Shown one piece after another: positions 54,263 to 64,000 of a stretch of DNA of 64,000 nucleotides. Source of the stretch: an uncultured Hormoscilla sp. (lineage in GTDB: Bacteria; Cyanobacteriota; Cyanobacteriia; Cyanobacteriales; Desertifilaceae); NCBI GenBank assembly GCA_963921275.4, contig OZ001293.3:6080001-6144000 (forward strand). Direction: 5' to 3'. The position numbers were made by a program, and so were the translations under genes. The notes beneath the pieces are model-generated. The model had not been told where the DNA came from and searched no databases. It saw only the letters and a list, made by a program, of their open reading frames with translations. Numbering within the stretch: position 1 is the first letter of the stretch; each line of letters opens with the position of its first letter.

Positions 54263-54497
54263 TTAATCATTTCCTCCTTTTGTTCGTAGTAAGCACTTTA
54301 GTGCATATAGCAAGTGCTTATAGCATTTATCAGATTAGTGTGATATGCTGTCGGAGATTGCTGGCCCTCCGACGTCGGGCCGCTGCGCTAACGGGGGGGT
54401 AACTCATAAAGCATAAGTTACTCGCCAGTCTCCCCCCTCGCTCCGGACTTCTAGGCGATTGTGCTGTACCACATCAATGCATTCGAGATGAGCTAGA

Positions 54498-56372
54498 TCA
54501 TGCATCAATTTCAACTCGTCCTACCGGGTGGGCGCTGCAAGTCAAAATCATACCTTGGGCGCAATCGCCTGCCGTGAGGGCTTCCGGGTCCTCATCATAG
54601 GTCACCTCTCCTGCCAATAGCTTCTGCTTGCAAGTGCCGCATATTCCCGAGCGGCAGTCGCTATCCAATTCCAGATATTCTCGTTCTGCTACATCCAGGA
54701 TGAATTCTGCTTGAGAGCAAGTAATTTCTTTTCCAGACTTAGCGAACGCCACCACAGCCGTTGGTGCCTGTCCATTTTTCCCATTCCCATTGTCAGAGTC
54801 TGCCTGTCCGAGAGGTTCCTCCACTTTTAACAGGCCATTAAGTGGTTGAGCATCGAAATGCTTAATCAACAAGTCTCTCATTACTGGTTTGAGGTCTTCA
54901 CAGGGAATTGCTTTCATCGTGCGGCTGCCCAATTTGGCATCTTTGCCCACCTTGCCGCCTATGTATATATCCACCCCTTCGACAACTTTGCCGTTTTTGC
55001 GTGCTTTTGTGCCCATCAACCCAATATCTGCCACTTGCGGTTGACCGCAGGAATTTGGGCAACCTGTCCAGTGAATTCTGACAGGTTTTGGTATAGATAA
55101 CTCTTGTTCTACTTCTTTAATCAGCGCCTGGGCCTGATTTTTGGTTTCGATCAGGGCAAATTTGCAAAATTGGGCACCAGTACAAGAAACTAAGGCCCTG
55201 CTTAAAGGTTTGGGGTTGATGGAAAATCTTTCTTGCAGCTGCGGTTCGGCTAAGAAGGCTTCTAAGCAAGAGTTGGCAATGTTGGGAATGATGACATTTT
55301 GCTCGACTGTTAATCTGATTTCCCCACTGCCGTAGACTTCTGCCATCCGGGCCAGTTCAAACATTTCTGGTGCGTACAGGCGTCCGACGGGGACATGCAA
55401 ACCGACATAGTTTAAGTGCGGTTGCTTTTGTCGATGAACCCCGATGTGGTCCCGCTTTTCCCAGTCTATTTCATCTTTGGGGGCGGCGGTCAATATCTCG
55501 CGCCCCAACTGTTTTTCTACTTCGGTCCGGAATTTCTCGATTCCCCATTCATCAATTAACCACATCAACCGCGCTTTTTGCCTGTTCGCCCGCAGACCCC
55601 GATCGCGATATACTTCCAGGATGGCTTTGCTGATGTCTACCACTTCATCAGTCCTAACCCAAGCATTCATAGGCACTGCAGCAGCGCAGCGCTTGGCCGA
55701 GAAGAAACCTCCTACCAGGACATTAAAGCCTAGGCGTTCTTCTTTGTAGGCGGGAACGTAGGCGATATCATTGATTTCCGCGTGGACTGAATTGTCCCTA
55801 CCTCCCGCGATCGCAATATTAAATTTCCGGGGCAAGTTGGTAAAAGCGGGGTTACCTTGACTATTGTTGGTAATCATGTCCTGAACTTTCTTGACCAGTT
55901 CCCGGGTGTCGATCAATTCATGGGCATCAATTCCTGCCACGGGTGAACCGGTTATATTCCGGACGTTATCCATCCCCGACTGCACTGATGTCAAACCTAT
56001 TTGGTCAAATTTGGCAAAGATTTCGGGAATGTCTTCTATCCGAATGCCCCGCAGTTGGATGTTTTGCCTGGTGGTAATGTCAGCATTGCCATCTTCGCCG
56101 TAGCCCTGGACTATTTCCGCTAGTGTCCGCATTTGGATGGTGTTGAGAATGCCGTTGGGCATCCGCATCCGCAGCATGAATTTTCCCGGTGTGACCGGTC
56201 TAAAGAACACCCCTAGCCATTTCAGGCGTTGGGTCAAGTCTGTTTCATCGATCGCCTCCCACCCTAGTTGGGCAAACTTTTCTAGTTCCGCTTTTACTGC
56301 CAGACCATCTTTTTCCGCTTTTAATTTCTCAAATTTATTCAGCTTTGCCTCTGTCTGTACTGTCGCAGTCAT
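54498..56372 (-). CDS. nirA: Ferredoxin-nitrite reductase with a fused C-terminal 2Fe-2S ferredoxin
   Basis: TTRQNIQ, LPRKFN, SCTGAQFC and TGCPNSCG motifs; tail CRSGICGTC..ILTC. Confidence 0.96.
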   Translation of the reverse strand: MTATVQTEAKLNKFEKLKAEKDGLAVKAELEKFAQLGWEAIDETDLTQRLKWLGVFFRPVTPGKFMLRMRMPNGILNTIQMRTLAEIVQGYGEDGNADITTRQNIQLRGIRIEDIPEIFAKFDQIGLTSVQSGMDNVRNITGSPVAGIDAHELIDTRELVKKVQDMITNNSQGNPAFTNLPRKFNIAIAGGRDNSVHAEINDIAYVPAYKEERLGFNVLVGGFFSAKRCAAAVPMNAWVRTDEVVDISKAILEVYRDRGLRANRQKARLMWLIDEWGIEKFRTEVEKQLGREILTAAPKDEIDWEKRDHIGVHRQKQPHLNYVGLHVPVGRLYAPEMFELARMAEVYGSGEIRLTVEQNVIIPNIANSCLEAFLAEPQLQERFSINPKPLSRALVSCTGAQFCKFALIETKNQAQALIKEVEQELSIPKPVRIHWTGCPNSCGQPQVADIGLMGTKARKNGKVVEGVDIYIGGKVGKDAKLGSRTMKAIPCEDLKPVMRDLLIKHFDAQPLNGLLKVEEPLGQADSDNGNGKNGQAPTAVVAFAKSGKEITCSQAEFILDVAEREYLELDSDCRSGICGTCKQKLLAGEVTYDEDPEALTAGDCAQGMILTCSAHPVGRVEIDA

Positions 56373-56425
56373 TAGTTTTACTCAAGAACATTTATATAGA
56401 TTGCCTTAGGTTTTATGCTGTTTTT

Positions 56426-56439
56426 GTAGCCTCTTTTAC
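56426..56439. promoter_or_regulatory. NtcA box in the nirA leader
   Basis: GTA-GCCTCTTT-TAC, an exact GTA-N8-TAC match. Confidence 0.55.
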
Positions 56440-56503
56440 AATTGCCATGAACGCTAATTAATTTTTGAGTTCCGAGCAGCCCATTTGTGATTTCTTGTAT
56501 GTC

Positions 56504-56545
56504 ATCTTATGGATATTCCATCGGTAATTTTGTATCGGATGTAAC
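56504..56545 (-). promoter_or_regulatory. Class II NtcA-activated promoter of the nir operon
   Basis: Minus strand GTT-ACATCCGA-TAC, then 22 nt, then TAAGAT -10 box. Confidence 0.75.
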
Positions 56546-56775
56546 AAAATATTAAGAAATTTGAGTTTTTTGCATGAATTTAATGCGGAATGTGCATGGA
56601 CTGTGATTGCATGGGGAGTTGTCTGGCTGAAGGTGCTGCCGGTTGCAGTAGTTACTCTGGACAGCAGGCTATTGGCAGTGTCTAGTCCAGAACGGCGATC
56701 AGCGCACGTGTAGGTAAGAGAGCAAGGATTTTTGCCATCCCGAAACGTGAGTTCTCTGTTCGGAGTTTGGGCTCG

Positions 56776-56893
56776 GGTGCGGCTCAGGTACGGCTCTGGT
56801 ACGGCTCGACTACGGCTCGACTACGGCTCAGGTACGGCTCTGGTACGGCTCGACTACGGCTCGACTACGGCTCAGGTACGGCTCGGATACGGC
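56776..56893. repeat. 11-bp tandem array TACGGCTC(AGG/TGG/GAC) with a 44-bp higher-order period
   Basis: About 10.5 units in the order AGG,TGG,GAC,GAC,AGG,TGG,GAC,GAC,AGG,GGA. Confidence 0.92.
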
Positions 56894-57061
56894 GACCGGT
56901 GTGTAAGAACAACGCCAAGCTCTGTATAGTGTTGGTCGGAATTTTATTTGCAAGCGATCGGGAACTTCTGGTGATTGGCTTGGCGTCATGTTTTCTGAGG
57001 CGGCGCTGTTTGAGCTTTGCTTTATGGTATACAGGTTGTAGTTACTTTAAGGAGGTGTGCT

Positions 57062-57796
57062 ATGGCACGCTATGGAGGTGACCCAAAGTCGGGTCGAGTT
57101 GGTAATTTGGTTTATCGGGCTGACGGAGTTGTTCAGAGCGCTCCAGTTGCTCGGCGTCGCTCTAATTCTCCTCGGGTAAAGGAAAATAACAGTGACTTTG
57201 CCACTACGTCTAGATATGTTGAGTTTTTTCGCAACAATGCTCTTGTGCTGATGCCAATTCGCGATTCTCGGCAGAGGTCTAGGTTGTTCCGGTCTGTGAG
57301 GCTGGCCTTAAATAGTGATGGCGCGAATTCTAGAGGGTCTAAGCGTCTTGATAGAAGTCTAGGTATTCTTGTCTTTCAGGATTTTCAGCTAAACGCTAAT
57401 GCTACCTTTGAGTCGTTGTTTGGCGGTTCTGTGATTTTCTCTGGTTCTGGTGTAGAGATTAAAAACGCTCTGGGGAATTCTTACACTGGTTTGGATGCTC
57501 GTGCTCCTTCTGAAGCGACTCACCTGGAATTTACTTCTGTTGTTGTGGGCTTCGATCTTAAGCCTGATGAGCCTATGGTCTCTGCGATCGCTCAGCAGGG
57601 GTCTACTGGTAAAGTTCCCTTGGACTCTACTGCGGTGACGTTTTTACCCAATCCGGGATTGGATCCATCTGACTCCGCTGGCACTGTACTGCATGTGGCG
57701 ATTATTGGTTTGCAGTTCTTCCAGGAAGATGCTTCCCGGTATTATCTTCTTAACAATGTTAAGTACAAGGGTGCTAAGGTGGTGTTTGCTGGTTAG
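57062..57796 (+). CDS. Hypothetical protein, foreign-looking (Bacteroidota-type family by recall)
   Basis: TAAGGAGG RBS; SGRVGNLVYR..RVKENNSDF..FQLNANA..APSEATHL..GLQFFQE; T-ending codon bias. Confidence 0.8.
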   Translation: MARYGGDPKSGRVGNLVYRADGVVQSAPVARRRSNSPRVKENNSDFATTSRYVEFFRNNALVLMPIRDSRQRSRLFRSVRLALNSDGANSRGSKRLDRSLGILVFQDFQLNANATFESLFGGSVIFSGSGVEIKNALGNSYTGLDARAPSEATHLEFTSVVVGFDLKPDEPMVSAIAQQGSTGKVPLDSTAVTFLPNPGLDPSDSAGTVLHVAIIGLQFFQEDASRYYLLNNVKYKGAKVVFAG

Positions 57797-58148
57797 GAAC
57801 TTGCTCTCACTTCGCTGTCATCCGCCTCAAGTCGGTTAAAACAGACTAAGAGAATAATGATTGAAATTTGTAGCCAACCTTGACCAAATGCGTTCCCGGG
57901 AGCCTCTTAACGAGGGGAAATGGTAAAAAATCAAGGGGCAAAATCTCCTCGCCGAACGGTATTGACAACGGCGCGATCGCTCTATAGAGACCTTTTTGAG
58001 GCGATCGCGCCAACCCGGTTTCTGGCAAGGGCGATCGCGCGGGGTCCAGAAACCGGGTTTCTCTGTATTTTTGCTGGTATTGGAGAATATGCAGTTTAGA
58101 TGGATGAAGGGTTATAATTAAATTAGAGATGAATAAGGAGGATGTAAA

Positions 58149-58721
58149 ATGGTCAAGTCTGGGTTACTATTGCGGACTGTACCAGACGATCCGGCTGCGG
58201 TGCTCGCTGAAACTGGCTGGCGATATGTAGAGGAAGTGCAGCCGGACGGTACTACTAAGAATATCCTGCTAGAAGATTCCCGGGTGCCTTTGCTGTTGGC
58301 TTCCGATTTTTCCGGAACGGTAAAGTCAGTGGCTAGACTGCCAGGAGGCGAGGCGCAGGTTGTTTTCTTGGATAAAGATTGGCCGCTCATTTGTCAGTAT
58401 AGCGAGGAAAATATCGCCAGGGAAGCGAAACAGGCTTCCCTGGCTTATGTCATCTACACTTCCGGTTCTACAGGCAGGCCGAAAGGGGTGGAGGTCGAGC
58501 ATCAAAGTCTGGTGAATGCTTATCGAGCATGGGAGCAAGCCTATCAGCTACAGAGAAGCAGTCATCTCCAAATGGCCAGTTTCTCCTTTGATGTCTTTAC
58601 GGGAGATTGGGTGCGATCGCTTTGTTCGGGAGCGAAGTTAGTGCTCTGTCCGAGAGAGTTTTTGTTGGATCCCGAAAAGCTGTATCGGTTGATGCTCCAA
58701 GAGGAAGTCGATTGTGATTGA
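58149..58721 (+). pseudogene. Chimeric ORF: short Uma2-like N-terminus fused to an internal NRPS A-domain fragment
   Basis: GWRYVEEVQPDGT, then [28 protein letters not shown]; no A5-A10 motifs. Confidence 0.7.
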
Positions 58722-60126
58722 ATCTCTCAAAGACCCCGAAGAGGCTGCTGCCGGTGACTTTAATGGGGACAATCATGATGATATCCTCCGTCAAGAAAAG
58801 GGCAGTTGGTCCAACGACGATGCCGTAAGGACTGCTGAAGTCCTCTTATCCCAAGGTAACGGCAACTTTACCCGCACCACCCTTCCTGAGAGTTTTGCTC
58901 TCAATGGCAACTTTACCAATTTGTACATCGGTGACTTTAATGGGGACGGGAAAAGCGATATCCTCCGTCAAGAAAACGGCAGTTGGTCCAACGACGATGC
59001 CGTAAGGACTGCTGAAGTCCTCTTATCCCAAGGTAACGGCAACTTTACCCGCACCACCCTTCCTGAGAGTTTCGAGCTCAATGGCAACTTTACCAATTTG
59101 TATGTCGGTGACTTTAATGGAGACGGGAAAAGCGATATCCTCCGTCAAGAAAACGGCAGTTGGTCCAACGACGATGCCGTAAGGACTGCTGAAGTCCTCT
59201 TATCCCAAGGTAACGGCAACTTTACCCGCACCACCCTTCCTGAGAGTTTCGCTCTCAATGGCAACTTTACCAATTTGTATGTCGGTGACTTTAATGGAGA
59301 CGGGAAAAGCAATATCCTCCGTCAAGAAAAGGGCGATTGGGATAACGATGCCGTAAGGACTGCTGAAGTCCTCTTATCCCAAGGTAACGGCAACTTTACC
59401 CGCACCACCCTTCCTGATAGTTTCGAGCTCAAGGGCGACTTGACCAAGTTGTATATAGAAGATTTGGATGGTGATGACCGAGATGAGATTCTGGTTCAAA
59501 AAAAATCGGCCCAAGGGGATCTGTCCCGCGTCCTGAAGGTATTGTCCTCAAATGATGGGCGCAATTTTACCGAATCTCCTTCTGCGCTTCCGTTTTCCAG
59601 TCAAAGCGGGCAACTGTATATTGCCGATTACTCCGGCAGTGGGCAAAACAATGATGTTCTGGTTCAGCGTTCTGGAAATAACCAAGCGCTGCTAGGCAGC
59701 ATTACCCTGGGGAGCAATGACTACCTTCAAGGGGGAACAGGAAACGATTCCCTCAATGGGGGTAACGGAAACGACTGGATTCGCGGATACGGGGGCGACG
59801 ATACCCTTTTAGGGGGCAGCGATAACGATACTCTCTATGGCGACGAGGGAGAGGATATTCTCAATGGGGGTAAGGGGCACGACATGCTTTACGGCAATTC
59901 CGGTAGTGATACTTTTGTCTTGGCCCGGGGCATGGGCGGGGATACCATCCAGGACTTTTCAGATGGTACGGACTTTATCCGGTTAGAAGGAGGTTTGAGT
60001 TTTGCTGATTTAGGAATTGATTCTCAGAACGATTCGACTTCTATTAAGGTCAGTGCTTCTGGGGAACTGTTGGGGATTTTGTCGGGGGTTGATTCTAGTC
60101 TTATTGGTGCTTCTGATTTTGTTTAG
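58714..60126 (+). CDS. FG-GAP repeat / RTX calcium-binding protein (probably 5'-truncated)
   Basis: Four 177-nt GDFNGDG repeats (58753, 58930, 59107, 59284); GGxGxD nonamers; type I secretion-like C-terminus. Confidence 0.8.
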   Translation: MIESLKDPEEAAAGDFNGDNHDDILRQEKGSWSNDDAVRTAEVLLSQGNGNFTRTTLPESFALNGNFTNLYIGDFNGDGKSDILRQENGSWSNDDAVRTAEVLLSQGNGNFTRTTLPESFELNGNFTNLYVGDFNGDGKSDILRQENGSWSNDDAVRTAEVLLSQGNGNFTRTTLPESFALNGNFTNLYVGDFNGDGKSNILRQEKGDWDNDAVRTAEVLLSQGNGNFTRTTLPDSFELKGDLTKLYIEDLDGDDRDEILVQKKSAQGDLSRVLKVLSSNDGRNFTESPSALPFSSQSGQLYIADYSGSGQNNDVLVQRSGNNQALLGSITLGSNDYLQGGTGNDSLNGGNGNDWIRGYGGDDTLLGGSDNDTLYGDEGEDILNGGKGHDMLYGNSGSDTFVLARGMGGDTIQDFSDGTDFIRLEGGLSFADLGIDSQNDSTSIKVSASGELLGILSGVDSSLIGASDFV

Positions 60127-60323
60127 TTACGGTAAGGCTGTTGTTTTCCCTGGGGGGCCTTTGACTGCTATTGGGGTGTGGTCTTGCGCCCGTTGGTAGG
60201 AGACAGTAGCCGGGCCAGTGAAGGGCCGGTGATCGTCAACAGCAGTAGCGTCAATGAAGGTAGCCAGTCTCTTGTAGTGATTTTAGCACCGGCAACTCGG
60301 GACCCTAGTCAAATCACTGCATA

Positions 60324-60393
60324 ACCAAAGTTGCGACCTACACAAACAGGCAAAATCAACTCCCCTGCTGTTTCTCCTCCGAGCAACTTGGGT
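60324..60393. mobile_element. 70-bp IS982-type mini-MITE
   Basis: Ends ACCAAAGTTGC...GCAACTTGGGT; near-duplication TGCATA/TACATA on the flanks. Confidence 0.65.
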
Positions 60394-60493
60394 TACATAT
60401 AGAGCAGTACCAGTAGACATTCTGGACCTGAGTTTGATCTGGTTAAGATGTCCTCAGCGGATAAAGGTCTTGATTGCTGGCCATTTGAGCTAC

Positions 60494-60823
60494 GTATAGC
60501 GAGGAAAATATCGCCAGGGAAGCGAAACAGGCTTCCCTGGCTTATGTCATCTACACTTCCGGTTCTACAGGCAGGCCGAAAGGGGTGGAGGTCGAGCATC
60601 AAAGTCTGGTGAATGCTTATCGAGCATGGGAGCAAGCCTATCAGCTACAGAGAAGCAGTCATCTCCAAATGGCCAGTTTCTCCTTTGATGTCTTTACGGG
60701 AGATTGGGTGCGATCGCTTTGTTCGGGAGCGAAGTTAGTGCTCTGTCCGAGAGAGTTTTTGTTGGATCCCGAAAAGCTGTATCGGTTGATGCTCCAAGAG
60801 GAAGTCGATTGTGATTGAATCTC
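60494..60823 (+). pseudogene. Second copy of the NRPS A-domain fragment (duplicate of 58397-58726)
   Basis: 330-bp apparently identical repeat. Confidence 0.9.
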
Positions 60824-62850
60824 GCAAGTGATTACGCCGCCCTTCGGGCTCTCTATAACAGTACTTCTGGGAAGAATTGGACGAATAAGACAGGCTGGGA
60901 TGTTAGCAGCCCAACTCCCCCCGATGCTTCTGTTGTTAATAGCTGGCATGGGGTGACGGTAGTGGGCTCACGGGTGACGGAACTCTCGCTGTCCTCCAAC
61001 AACCTGAGCGGTACGATCCCCTCTGAGTTAGACTCCCTCAGCAATTTGCAATATCTCTACCTGTCCTCCAACAACCTGAGCGGTACGCTCCCCTCGGAGT
61101 TAGGCTTCCTCAGCAATTTGCAATATCTCTACCTGGGTCCAACTCCCTGAGCGGTACGCTCCCCTCGGAGTTAGGCTTCCTCATCAATTTGCAATATCTC
61201 TACCTGGGCTCCAACTCCCTGAGCGGTACGCTCCCCTCGGAGTTAGGCTCCCTCAGCAATTTGCAAGACCTCTCCCTGGAGGAAAACTCTCTGAGCGGTA
61301 CGCTCCCCTCGGAGTTAGGCTCCCTCAGCAATTTGCAAGTACTCAACCTGGACAGAAACTCCCTGAGCGGTACGCTCCCCTCGGAGTTAGGCTCCCTTAG
61401 CAATTTGCAATACCTCTGGCTGGAGTCCAACGACTTTCGCGGTACGATCCCCAACAGTATCAACGCTTTGTCAGCAGACAAACAATTGGAAAACCCTCCC
61501 TATGTGGAAATTCAAATTCCCGACGTCAATGCCTTCAGGAGTGAGAACTTCAACTTCAATGTCAGCCGGAACTTCGGCGACCTCAACAACAACATTAGTA
61601 GCTACGGCGCTAATGGTTTGCCAAACGGTTTAACCATTAACTCCACTACTGGGGTGATCAGCGGCACTCCTACTACTGATGGCAGTTTTACCGTGACGGT
61701 AACAGCAACGGATAGGGCGGGAGGCCGGGGAGAGGATGAATTTAATATTACAGTATCGCGTCCCACTAGCTTCACCCTTTCTGGGAGTTTCGCCCTCAAT
61801 CGCGACTTTACCAATTTGTATGTCGGTGACTTTAATGGAGACGAAAAAAGCGATATCCTCCGTCAAGAAAAGGGCAGTTGGTCCAAGGACGATGCCGTAA
61901 GGACTGCTGACGTCCTCTTATCCCAAGGTAACGGCAACTTTACCCGCACCACCCTTCCTGATAGTTTCGCTCTCAATGGCAACTTTACCAATTTGTATGT
62001 CGGTGACTTTAATGGAGACGGGAAAAGCGATATCCTCCGTCAAGAAAAGGGCGATTGGGATAACGATGCCATTCGGACTGCTGAAGTCCTCTTATCCCAA
62101 GGTAACGGCAACTTTACCCGCACCACCCTTCCTGATAGTTTCGAGCTCAAGGGCGACTTGACCAAGTTGTATATAGAAGATTTGGATGGTGATGGCCGAG
62201 ATGAGATTCTGGTTCAAAAAAAATCGGCCCAAGGGGGTCTGTCCCGCCTCCTGAAGGTATTGTTCTCAAATGATGGGCGCAATTTTACCGAATCTCTGCT
62301 CCCTTCTGCGCTTCAGTTTTCCAGTCAAAACGGGCAACTGTATATTGCCGATTACTCCGGCAGTGGGCAAAACAATGATGTTCTGGTTCAGCGTTCTGGA
62401 AATAACCAAGCGCTGCTAGACAGCATTACCCTGGGGAGCAATGACTACCTTCAAGGGGGAACAGGAAACGATTCCCTCAATGGGGGTAACGGAAACGACT
62501 GGATTCGTGGATACGGGGGCAACGATAGCCTTTTAGGGGGCAGCGATAACGATATTCTCTATGGCGACGAGGGAGAGGATATTCTCGATGGGGGTAAGGG
62601 GCACGACATGCTTTACGGCAATTCCGGTAGTGATACTTTTGTCTTGGCCCGGGGCATGGGCGGGGATACCATCCAGGACTTTTCAGATGGTACGGACTTT
62701 ATCCGGTTAGGAGGAGGTTTGAGTTTTGCTGATTTAGGAATTGATTCTCAGAACGGTTCGACTTCTATTAAGGTCAGTGCTTCTGGGGAACTGTTGGGGA
62801 TTTTGTCGGGGGTTGATTCTAGTCTTATTGGTGCTTCTGATTTTGTTTAG
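60815..62850 (+). pseudogene. LRR + Ig-like (He_PIG) + FG-GAP + RTX protein with a 1-bp deletion near 61137
   Basis: ALRALYNST..W..W plant-like LRR cap; 72-nt LRRs LSGTLPSELGSLSNL; GLPNGLTINSTTGVISGTPT; CTGGGTCC versus CTGGGCTCC in the sister repeat. Confidence 0.85.
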
Positions 62851-63001
62851 TTACGGTAAGGCTGTTGTTTTCCCTGGGGGGCCTTTGACTGCTATTGGGG
62901 TGTGGTCTTGCGCCCGTTGGTAGGAGACAGTAGCCGGGCCAGTGAAGGGCCGGTGTCTGTCCTATGGTATACAGGTTGTAGTTACTTTAAGGAGGTGTGC
63001 T

Positions 63002-63724
63002 ATGGCACGCTATGGAGGTGACCCAAAGTCGGGTCGAGTTGGTAATTTGGTTTATCGGGCTGACGGAGTTGTTCAGAGCGCTCCAGTTGCTCGGCGTTGC
63101 TCTAATTCTCCTCGGGTAAAGGAAAATAACAGTGACTTTGCCACTACGTCTAAATATGTTGAGTTTTTTCGCAACAATGCTCTTGTGCTGATGCCAATTC
63201 GCGATTCTCGGCAGAGGTCTAGGTTGTTCCGGTCTGTGAGGCTGGCCTTAAATAGTGATGGCGCGAATTCTAGAGGGTCTAAGCGTCTTGATAGAAGTCT
63301 AGGTATTCTTGTCTTTCAGGATTTTCAGCTAAACGCTAATGCTACCTTTGAGTCGTTGTTTGGCGGTTCTGTGATTTTCTCTGGTTCTGGTGTAGAGCTT
63401 AAAAACGCTCTGGGGAATTCTTACACTGGTTTGGATGCTCGTGCTCCTTCTGAAGCGACTCACCTGGAATTTACTTCTGTTGTTGTGGGCTTCGATCTTA
63501 AGCCTGATGAGCCTATGGTCTCTGCGATCGCTCAGCAGGGGTCTACTGGTAAAGTTCCCTTGGACTCTACTGCGGTGACGTTTTCACCCAACCCGGGATT
63601 GGATCCATCTGACTCCGCTGGCACTGTACTGCATGTGGCGATTATTGGTTTGCAGTTCTTCCAGGAAGATGCTTCCCGGTATTATCTTCTTAACCTAAGT
63701 TGCGACCTATTAAAAAAAATATGA
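63002..63724 (+). pseudogene. Near-identical copy of the 57062 gene, 3' end cut by an IS
   Basis: 57023-57754 matches 62963-63694 with few substitutions. Confidence 0.88.
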
Positions 63725-64000
63725 ATTACCCACTTAGACTTTACAGATATTTGGGATATTTCGTAGCTTTTGATACAAAATTATATTTTTTTTGTGCTAG
63801 ACGGCGGGTTGGCTGTTTATAGGTTATAATGTACTAAAATAATAGTTAATTGCTGGGGGATGTAGATGATGGAAGATATGATTACAACAATTTTTGTTCT
63901 TTGTGACGAGCTACTAAAAGCGTTAAATATAAAAGAAGATCCACAAGTAAAAATGAACAATGCCGAAGTGATGACAGTCGGATTAGTTGCTGCATATTTT
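63693..64000 (+). mobile_element. IS982 family element, left end plus transposase start at 63866 (runs off window)
   Basis: End ACCTAAGTTGCGACC; MMEDMITTIFVLCDELLKAL..KMNNAEVMTVGLVAAYF. Confidence 0.8.

Noticed and set aside
56732..57081. Repetitive ORFs ([11 protein letters not shown]...)
   Set aside because: These are translations of the 11-bp DNA array, lacking RBS or coding features
22960..58045. Scattered GAAACCGGGTTTCT palindromes and HIP1 sites as a novel system
   Set aside because: These are common dispersed repeats of filamentous cyanobacteria with no special arrangement here
58753..62160. FG-GAP or LRR repeats as DGR variable regions
   Set aside because: They are in-frame tandem protein repeats and their differences are not confined to adenines
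1267..62923. Numerous short antisense or overlapping ORFs in the track
   Set aside because: They are shadows of well-supported genes with no motif or RBS support

Overview
64 kb chromosomal window of a filamentous, Oscillatoriales-like cyanobacterium (abundant HIP1 GCGATCGC, photosystem II genes). Intact core genes include cobS, mnmE, zds, nadB/nadD/nrtR/nadE, proA, nrdR, psbB/psbT/psbM, dxr, two rpsU, tRNA-Gly(GCC) and the nirA-nrtP-narB-narM nitrate cluster. They are interleaved with many recently broken accessory genes: an NRPS, a restriction-modification pair, two toxin-antitoxin antitoxins, pncB, Uma2, a CLC channel and glcF. Main highlights: (1) three group II introns, including an ORF-less one that precisely interrupts iscA and sits back-to-back with an RT-encoding intron whose RT is frameshifted; (2) a formyltransferase-initiated, Leu-type NRPS relic; (3) an unannotated 44-aa AtpTheta-like ORF between inverted palindromic arrays; (4) nested MITEs with verifiable target-site duplications, some sharing ends with an IS982-type element at the window end; (5) tiny palindromic elements inserted in-frame into genes and into intron RNA; (6) a duplicated mosaic at 56.8-63.7 kb made of an 11-mer array, a foreign-looking hypothetical gene, NRPS A-domain shards and FG-GAP/LRR/RTX surface-protein genes. 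All family assignments come from motif recognition by eye; no searches were run.
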